Origin: Gemmatimonadaceae bacterium
Lineage (GTDB): Bacteria; Gemmatimonadota; Gemmatimonadetes; Gemmatimonadales; Gemmatimonadaceae
DNA: 20,430 bases
Reading direction: 5' to 3'
Assembly (NCBI GenBank): GCA_044224875.1
Contig: JBGAJQ010000003.1
Span: 180,628-201,057, forward strand
The notes beneath the pieces are model-generated. The model saw nothing but the letters and a program-made list of their open reading frames with translations, had not been told where the DNA came from and did not search any database. Each line of letters starts with the position of its first letter. The first letter of the stretch is position 1. Positions 15,006 to 20,430 of the stretch are shown in pieces. Made by a program: the position numbers and the translations under genes.

Positions 15006-15119
15006 GTGCGACGCCGCGTCGGAGATCGGAGGCGTTGTCTTGAGGGGCGACAGATCGCGGGCTACCTTGGCCAGCGTCCCTTCATCACACGTCGATTGCC
15101 CCGGAGACGATTCCCATGA
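15006..15119 (+). CDS. Possible 37-aa Arg-rich upstream ORF/leader peptide
   Basis: SD AAGGAGGA (14993-15000), GTG at 15006, TGA at 15117-15119 overlapping the GH172 ATG (ATGA). No homology recognised. Confidence 0.25.
   Translation: MRRRVGDRRRCLEGRQIAGYLGQRPFITRRLPRRRFP
15040..15068 (+). promoter_or_regulatory. Candidate sigma70-type promoter for the GH172 gene
   Basis: TTGAGG (15040-15045), 17-nt spacer, TACCTT (15063-15068); partial consensus match only. Confidence 0.3.
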
Positions 15120-16258
15120 AGCGCCTGACCTGGTTGCTCGTGCTGTCGTTCGCGATCCTCCCCGCCATCTCCAATGCCCAGCAGTACGATGGCCTGATGG
15201 GGAGCCTGAACAATCTCTATCGCCTGTCCAACGCCAAGTCGTTCTCGATCAGCCCAGAGAACCTGACGGGGGAAAAAGGGAAGGCCGCCATGGCCGCAGA
15301 GGGTAGTGCCTCCCGGGCGGCACGCGATCTGGGGCGCGGCTGGAAGGTCAATCCGTATGTCGTCATCCAGCCAGGACAGACCTTTACCCTTGGGGAAATC
15401 ACCGGCGAGGGAAACATCCAGCACATCTGGATGACGCCGACTGGGAACTGGCGTCTCTCCATCATGCGCATCTACTGGGATGACGAGAAAGAACCGTCGG
15501 TGGAAGTACCGGTGGGTGATTTCTTCGGCATGGGTTGGGGGAAGTACGCACCATTGCAGTCACTCGCCATCTGCGTGAATCCAGGCAGTGCGTTCAACTC
15601 CTACTGGCCGATGCCCTTCCACAAGAAGGCGCGCATCACCATGGAGAACCTGGACGACCGGCAGATGAGCGTGTACTACCAGATCGACTACACACTCGGC
15701 GAGGTCCCAAAGGACGCCGCCTACTTCCACGCGCAGTTCCGCCGAGTGAACCCACTGCCTTACAAGGAAGTCTTCACGATCCTCGATGGCGTGAAAGGGA
15801 AGGGGCATTACGTCGGCACCTACATGGCCTACGGGACCAAGAGCAACGGCTGGTGGGGAGAGGGAGAGATCAAGTTCTTCATTGACGGCGACAAGGAGTT
15901 CCCGACCATCGCTGGCACCGGGACCGAGGACTACTTCAACGGGTCGTACGACTTCGAGAACCAGGTCACGCACCAGTACGAAACGTTCACGAGCCCGTAC
16001 AGTGGCTTGGCGCAGGTGATCAAGCCCGACGGTCTGTACGTGTCACAGCAACGCTTTGGTCTGTATCGGTGGCACATCACCGATCCTGTTCGGTTCGATA
16101 CGGACCTGAAGATCACGATTCAGGCGTTAGGCTGGCGCTCGAACGGTACCTACCTCCCTCTCCGAGACGATATCGCATCCGTGGCGTATTGGTATCAGAC
16201 CGAGCCGCACCAAGGCTTCCCGAAGTTGCCGGCCCGGGAGATGCTGGAGATCAACTAG
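15116..16258 (+). CDS. Glycoside hydrolase family 172 (DUF2961), secreted
   Basis: SISPENLTGEKGK, IQHIWMT, IYWDDE..PSVEVPVGDFFG, FNSYWPMPF, YFHAQFRR, WWGEGEIKFFIDGD, GTGTEDYF, YRWHITDPVRF, DDIASVAYWYQ; Sec signal ending SNA; SD GGAG at 15103-15106. Confidence 0.92.
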   Translation: MKRLTWLLVLSFAILPAISNAQQYDGLMGSLNNLYRLSNAKSFSISPENLTGEKGKAAMAAEGSASRAARDLGRGWKVNPYVVIQPGQTFTLGEITGEGNIQHIWMTPTGNWRLSIMRIYWDDEKEPSVEVPVGDFFGMGWGKYAPLQSLAICVNPGSAFNSYWPMPFHKKARITMENLDDRQMSVYYQIDYTLGEVPKDAAYFHAQFRRVNPLPYKEVFTILDGVKGKGHYVGTYMAYGTKSNGWWGEGEIKFFIDGDKEFPTIAGTGTEDYFNGSYDFENQVTHQYETFTSPYSGLAQVIKPDGLYVSQQRFGLYRWHITDPVRFDTDLKITIQALGWRSNGTYLPLRDDIASVAYWYQTEPHQGFPKLPAREMLEIN

Positions 16259-16261
16259 GGC

Positions 16262-17746
16262 ATGTCGCAGCCTAACGAACTCGACCCGGTCCTCGACGCG
16301 TTCCGGGGAGACGCCACCCGAGACGTTGGGGCGCAGTTTCTCGAGCTGATCTCGCGCTACTTGCACCTCACGTCTCGTGGTCAGTCGCCTGTCTCCACGC
16401 GGCTTTCACCGGAGGAGGTCGCGTCGCACTTCGCGGAGCCGCTTCCCACCGGCGTCAAGCCGCTGGACTACGTACTCGAGCGGATCGAGCGCGACGTGCT
16501 CACGGACGCCACGCGCCTCATGCACCCGATGTGCATGGGCCACCAGGTGTCGGCGCCGCTGCCGGCCACCATCTGGACGGATGCACTCATCAGTGCCGTG
16601 AACGGCTCCGCCTCCGTTCGCGAGATGTCGCCGAGCGCCAACGCCATCGAGCACCAGGTCGTCCGCTGGTTAGGCGACCTGGCGGGCTACGGCCCGGAGT
16701 CTGGTGGCACGCTGACCTCCGGCGGGACAGAGGCGACGTTTACGGCCTTGCTCGCGGCGCGGGCCCGGGCTTGTCCGGACGCCTGGGAGCAGGGTGTGGG
16801 CGCGAGCCCGCCGGTCGTCGTGTACGGCGAACAGGCACACTATGCCGTCACGCGTGCGATCGCAGAAATGGGGCTGGGCCTGCGCTCGGGTATCTCGGTC
16901 CCGGTGCGTCAGCATCGCATGGACACCACGGTGCTTCGGGAGACATTGGATCGATTGGCGACTGAAGGCCGGCCGGTCATGGCGGTCGTTGCAACTGCCG
17001 GCTCGACCTCGGTCGGTGCCTTCGATGACCTGGAAGCCATCGGCGCCGAATGTGCGCGACGAGGGATCTGGTTGCACGTGGACGGAGCCCATGGGGCGTC
17101 GGCACTGCTTTCCTCGCGTCATCGGCATCGCCTTGCCGGCCTCGCTCACGCCAGCTCAATCGCGTGGGACCCACACAAGATGATGTTGCTGCCGTTGTCG
17201 GCCGGACTGCTGCTGGTCCGGAATGAACGCGACCTGGACGCCACGTTCGCCCAACGTGCTCCCTACCTCTTCCACGCACAAGAGAGTGAACGCGGCTGGG
17301 ACCAAGGCGTGCGCTCGTTCCAATGCTCGCGACGGACGGACGTGATCAAGTTGTGGGTGGCGCTGGAGCGCTATGGAGCCGACGGAATCGGTCACCTGTA
17401 TGACCGACTCTGCGACCTGACCGTCGCCCTCTACACCCGCGTCGCCGACCATCCGGACTTCGAGCCGTTGCACGCGCCGGAGTCGAACATCCTTTGCTTT
17501 CGCTACGTGGGGCGCGAGGCAGGCGCCGACGTCGACAGCTTCAATTTTGAGCTGCGACAGGCCTACAACAGGTCTGGGGAAGGATGGATCACGACCACCG
17601 TCCTGGATGGCCAGCGCGCCTTGCGGACGACAATCATGAATCCGCATACGTCGGAGGAGCACCTCGACCGGCTCCTGGACGGGTTGTCGCGAACCGCGGC
17701 GCGGTTGCGTCCAACGCCACCCGGCGCTCACCAGGGGAATCGGTAG
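16262..17746 (+). CDS. Group II PLP-dependent decarboxylase (L-2,4-diaminobutyrate/aromatic amino acid decarboxylase-like)
   Basis: HPMCMGHQ, GTLTSGGTEAT, AHY, VVATAGSTSVGAFDDL, WLHVDGAHG, PLP lysine in WDPHK, QCSRR, LRTTIMNP. Substrate cannot be determined by eye. Confidence 0.92.
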   Translation: MSQPNELDPVLDAFRGDATRDVGAQFLELISRYLHLTSRGQSPVSTRLSPEEVASHFAEPLPTGVKPLDYVLERIERDVLTDATRLMHPMCMGHQVSAPLPATIWTDALISAVNGSASVREMSPSANAIEHQVVRWLGDLAGYGPESGGTLTSGGTEATFTALLAARARACPDAWEQGVGASPPVVVYGEQAHYAVTRAIAEMGLGLRSGISVPVRQHRMDTTVLRETLDRLATEGRPVMAVVATAGSTSVGAFDDLEAIGAECARRGIWLHVDGAHGASALLSSRHRHRLAGLAHASSIAWDPHKMMLLPLSAGLLLVRNERDLDATFAQRAPYLFHAQESERGWDQGVRSFQCSRRTDVIKLWVALERYGADGIGHLYDRLCDLTVALYTRVADHPDFEPLHAPESNILCFRYVGREAGADVDSFNFELRQAYNRSGEGWITTTVLDGQRALRTTIMNPHTSEEHLDRLLDGLSRTAARLRPTPPGAHQGNR

Positions 17747-17825
17747 CGACGCTCTCGCGGCCCGACAGCTCCCAGAGTAGGATCAATCAAGGGAGCATCC
17801 CGTAAGCCCGAGCCGGAGCGCAGGT

Positions 17826-19658
17826 ATGAAAGACGATGGCGTGACACGACGTGACTTCTTGAACGGGGCCCGCCTGGCCATCGGCGCCTCTCTGGTCGTC
17901 CCGTGGGCCGAGCTGCTGGCGAACGAGCTCGGACAGGGAGCGGAGTACTATCCGCCAGCTAAGACAGGACTGCGCGGCACGCACGATGGTGCCTGGGAAA
18001 CCATGCACGCGCGCGTCGCGGGGACGTCGTGGCCGGACGCCAGGCCTTCGGAACAATACGACCTGGTCGTCGTCGGTGGCGGCATCAGTGGCCTGTCGGC
18101 GGCGCGTTTCTTCCGGAAGGCGCGGCCGAATGCGCGTGTTCTGATTATCGACAACCACGACGACTTTGGCGGGCACGCCAAGCGGAACGAATTCTCCTTC
18201 AATGGCGACACCCGCATCGGGTACGGCGGCACGGAGTCGATCGACACGCCGTCGGAGTACACGAAAGCGGCCAAGGAGACGCTCCTCGAAATCGGCATTC
18301 ACGTCGAACGCTTCTACGACTACTTCGACCAGACACTCTACGCGAAGATGGGGCTGGCGAAGTCCATCGTCTTCGACCAGGAGAACTTCGGCGAGCGCAA
18401 ACTCGTCACCGGGTATGGCAAACGTCCGTGGGAGGAATTCGCGGCACTCGCCCCCCTCAACGAACAGGCGCGCCGCGATTTCATCCGGGTGCAGACCGAA
18501 ACGACGGACTATCTCCCGGGCATGTCCAAGGAGGAGCGATTCAAGCTCCTGAGCCGGACCAGCTACGAAGCCTACCTTCGCGACTACTGCAAGGTGGATC
18601 CGCAGTTGTTGGAGCTGTACCGAAAGTGGGGCATCTCCTTCTGGTGCGTGGGCATCGATGAAATCCCCTGTAGCCTGATCCTCGACTACGATGGCGGGAT
18701 GCCTGGCCTCGACCACACCATGCCCCGCTTTGGTTCACGCGGCGAAGACCCCTACATCTTCCATTTCCCCGACGGCAATGCGTCGGTGGCACGGTTGCTG
18801 GTTCGCTCGCTGATCCCCGCGGCGATGCCTGGCACCACCATGGAGGACGTGGTCACCACACGCGCCGACTACTCGCAACTGGACCGGTCTGGCAACAACG
18901 TTCGCATTCGGCTCAACAGCACTGCGGTTCACGTCAGGCACGTGGCGCGCGACACGTCCGTTGACGTCACCTACGTCACCGGCGGCAAGCCGCACACCGT
19001 GCGCGGCACGCACGTCATCATGGCGTGCTACAACATGGCGATTCCCTACATCTGTCCCGAATTGCCTGACGCACAGAAGAAGGCGCTCGCCTATGGCGTA
19101 AAGGTGCCGCTCACCTACACCAAGGTGTTGGTGCAGAACTGGAAACCGTTCGCTCAACTTGGCACGGACTTCGTCTACTACACGAAGGACTTCTTCAAGC
19201 AGGTGGAGCTTGACTATCCCGTCTCCATCGGGCAGTACAAGCGCTCGCAGACGCCCGATGAGCCGATGGTCCTGCACATGTGCTACGTCCATCACGACGG
19301 GGTGACCAAGGGGCCCGAACAGTGGCGCGAGGGACGCCGGCGGCTGCTCACGACGCCGTATTCGGTCTTCGAGCACCACGTCCGGGATCAATTGAGTCAG
19401 GCGCTTTCCGGTGCGGGCTTCGATGACGCGCGAGACATCAAAGGCATCACCGTCAACCGCTGGTCGCACGGGTACGCGTACTCCCCGCACTTGCTATGGG
19501 AGCCCGCCTATGCGTCCGATGCCGACAAGCCGTGGGTACGCGGGCGGAAGAAGTTCGGACGCATTGCGATCGCGAACTCGGATTCTGGCGCACAGGCAGA
19601 TACGAATTCTGCCATCACACAGGCATGGCGCGCCGTCCAGGAGACGCTCGCCGGCTAG
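17826..19658 (+). CDS. spdH: Spermidine dehydrogenase-like FAD (probably heme-binding) oxidoreductase with Tat signal
   Basis: TRRDFLNG, YYPPAKTGLRGTHDGAWETMH, YDLVVVGGGISG, DNHDDFGGHAKRNEF, YIFHFPDGNASVARLLVRSLIP, ITVNRWSHGYAY, GRIAIANSD, all characteristic of the Pseudomonas SpdH family as I recall it. Substrate unproven. Confidence 0.82.
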   Translation: MKDDGVTRRDFLNGARLAIGASLVVPWAELLANELGQGAEYYPPAKTGLRGTHDGAWETMHARVAGTSWPDARPSEQYDLVVVGGGISGLSAARFFRKARPNARVLIIDNHDDFGGHAKRNEFSFNGDTRIGYGGTESIDTPSEYTKAAKETLLEIGIHVERFYDYFDQTLYAKMGLAKSIVFDQENFGERKLVTGYGKRPWEEFAALAPLNEQARRDFIRVQTETTDYLPGMSKEERFKLLSRTSYEAYLRDYCKVDPQLLELYRKWGISFWCVGIDEIPCSLILDYDGGMPGLDHTMPRFGSRGEDPYIFHFPDGNASVARLLVRSLIPAAMPGTTMEDVVTTRADYSQLDRSGNNVRIRLNSTAVHVRHVARDTSVDVTYVTGGKPHTVRGTHVIMACYNMAIPYICPELPDAQKKALAYGVKVPLTYTKVLVQNWKPFAQLGTDFVYYTKDFFKQVELDYPVSIGQYKRSQTPDEPMVLHMCYVHHDGVTKGPEQWREGRRRLLTTPYSVFEHHVRDQLSQALSGAGFDDARDIKGITVNRWSHGYAYSPHLLWEPAYASDADKPWVRGRKKFGRIAIANSDSGAQADTNSAITQAWRAVQETLAG

Positions 19659-19685
19659 CGTAGGGATAGGCCTCGGAGGAGTGCC

Positions 19686-20430
19686 GTGAACAAGTCACGC
19701 GTGGTACTCGGGTTCGCGATCGCCGCATTCGCGACGGTCTTTGTCGTATTCCCCGCACTGAGTGGCGTCCTCACCGACTGGTGGTGGTTTCAGGAGGTCG
19801 GGTTTCAGGTGGTGTTTACGCGCCAGCTTCTCACACGCCTGCTGTTGTTCCTGGCGGCAAGCGGGGCAACCAGCGCTGTCTTGCTGTGGAATCTGCGTGT
19901 GGCGCGCGGTGCGGCGGCGCCAGGGCCGCTGGTGGTGCCCTTCGGCGAAACGCAGGTGCGGCCGATGCAGCCAACCGGCGTGCAGCGACTCGCCACCGTG
20001 GTCGCGCTCGGGTTGGGCCTGATGACCGGTCTCGTCGCCAGCTCGGGGTGGCGTGAGGTGCTGCAACTGTGGTACGGAACGTCGTTCGGGGTCGCCGACC
20101 CCGTGTTCGGGCGGGACATCGGGTACTACGTCTTCACCCTTCCGGGGTTGGAGCTGCTACTCGGCGTTGTGGGCGGCATGATCACCCTGTCGCTCATTGC
20201 CACGGTCGTTCTCTACCTGCTGCGCGCCCGAATCGTGCTGGACCCACGCGCCATACGCGTCGAACGGGCTGCCGGCATGCACATCGCCGTGCTGATGGCG
20301 GCCGCGTTTACCCTGACGGCGATGCGCCTGTGGGTCGTCGGCATCCCGCGCCTGCTGTACTCGACCACCGGACCGTTGGTGGGCGCGGGCTACACCGACA
20401 TGCATGCCGTGCGCCCAGCGCTTCACCTGA
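19686..20430 (+). CDS. UPF0182 family membrane protein, 3'-truncated by the window
   Basis: Manual translation from GTG 19686 (SD GGAGGA 19675-19680): MNKSRVVLGFAIAAF...LTDWWWFQEVGFQVVF...FGVADPVFGRDIGYYVFTLP...GAGYTDMHA; no in-frame stop before the window end. Confidence 0.9.
   Translation, partial: MNKSRVVLGFAIAAFATVFVVFPALSGVLTDWWWFQEVGFQVVFTRQLLTRLLLFLAASGATSAVLLWNLRVARGAAAPGPLVVPFGETQVRPMQPTGVQRLATVVALGLGLMTGLVASSGWREVLQLWYGTSFGVADPVFGRDIGYYVFTLPGLELLLGVVGGMITLSLIATVVLYLLRARIVLDPRAIRVERAAGMHIAVLMAAAFTLTAMRLWVVGIPRLLYSTTGPLVGAGYTDMHAVRPALHL

Noticed and set aside
16262..17746. Siderophore (desferrioxamine-type) biosynthesis cluster seeded by the decarboxylase
   Set aside because: No N-hydroxylase, acyltransferase or IucA/IucC synthetase in the window.
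492..20426. Many long overlapping or antisense ORFs (e.g. 1193-2011, 6676-7611, 10216-11115, 13205-14104, 13992-14936, 17787-18716)
   Set aside because: They overlap well-supported genes, are Arg/Pro/Ala-rich or antisense mirror frames, and lack motifs; typical shadows in GC-rich DNA.
1..20430. CRISPR arrays, tRNA/rRNA, IS/integrase, prophage or defence genes
   Set aside because: No regularly spaced repeats, cloverleaf-like sequences or relevant protein motifs seen; intergenic gaps are short and composition appears uniform by eye.

Overview
GC-rich bacterial DNA with 17 protein-coding genes, two of them cut by the window edges. The gene families (PadR plus ADOP-type duplicated permease, many exported peptidases/hydrolases, UPF0182) suggest a Gemmatimonadota/Acidobacteriota-like organism; this is inference, not a taxonomic assignment. 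Gene order: beta-lactamase-family serine hydrolase (5'-partial), Tat-leader YegP/DUF1508 protein, Tat-leader NAD-dependent epimerase/SDR, metallophosphoesterase (-), orphan lipoprotein, ATP-grasp enzyme, PadR regulator, ADOP permease, M28 peptidase (-), M19 dipeptidase, DUF1801 protein with a basic tail, IroE/BesA-like esterase, DoxX-like membrane protein (-), GH172 glycoside hydrolase, group II PLP decarboxylase, SpdH-like spermidine dehydrogenase, UPF0182 membrane protein (3'-partial, absent from the ORF track). I saw no rRNA, tRNA, CRISPR array, mobile element or defence system. The region mostly looks like an ordinary envelope/scavenging neighbourhood. The best leads are: (i) a 37-aa Arg-rich ORF with a strong Shine-Dalgarno, overlapping the start of the GH172-decarboxylase-SpdH run; (ii) a perfect palindrome over the padR promoter/start; (iii) a possible internal start in the ADOP permease; (iv) two unusual architectures, Tat-YegP and DUF1801 with a histone-like tail. 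All family calls come from motif recognition by eye, not database searches.
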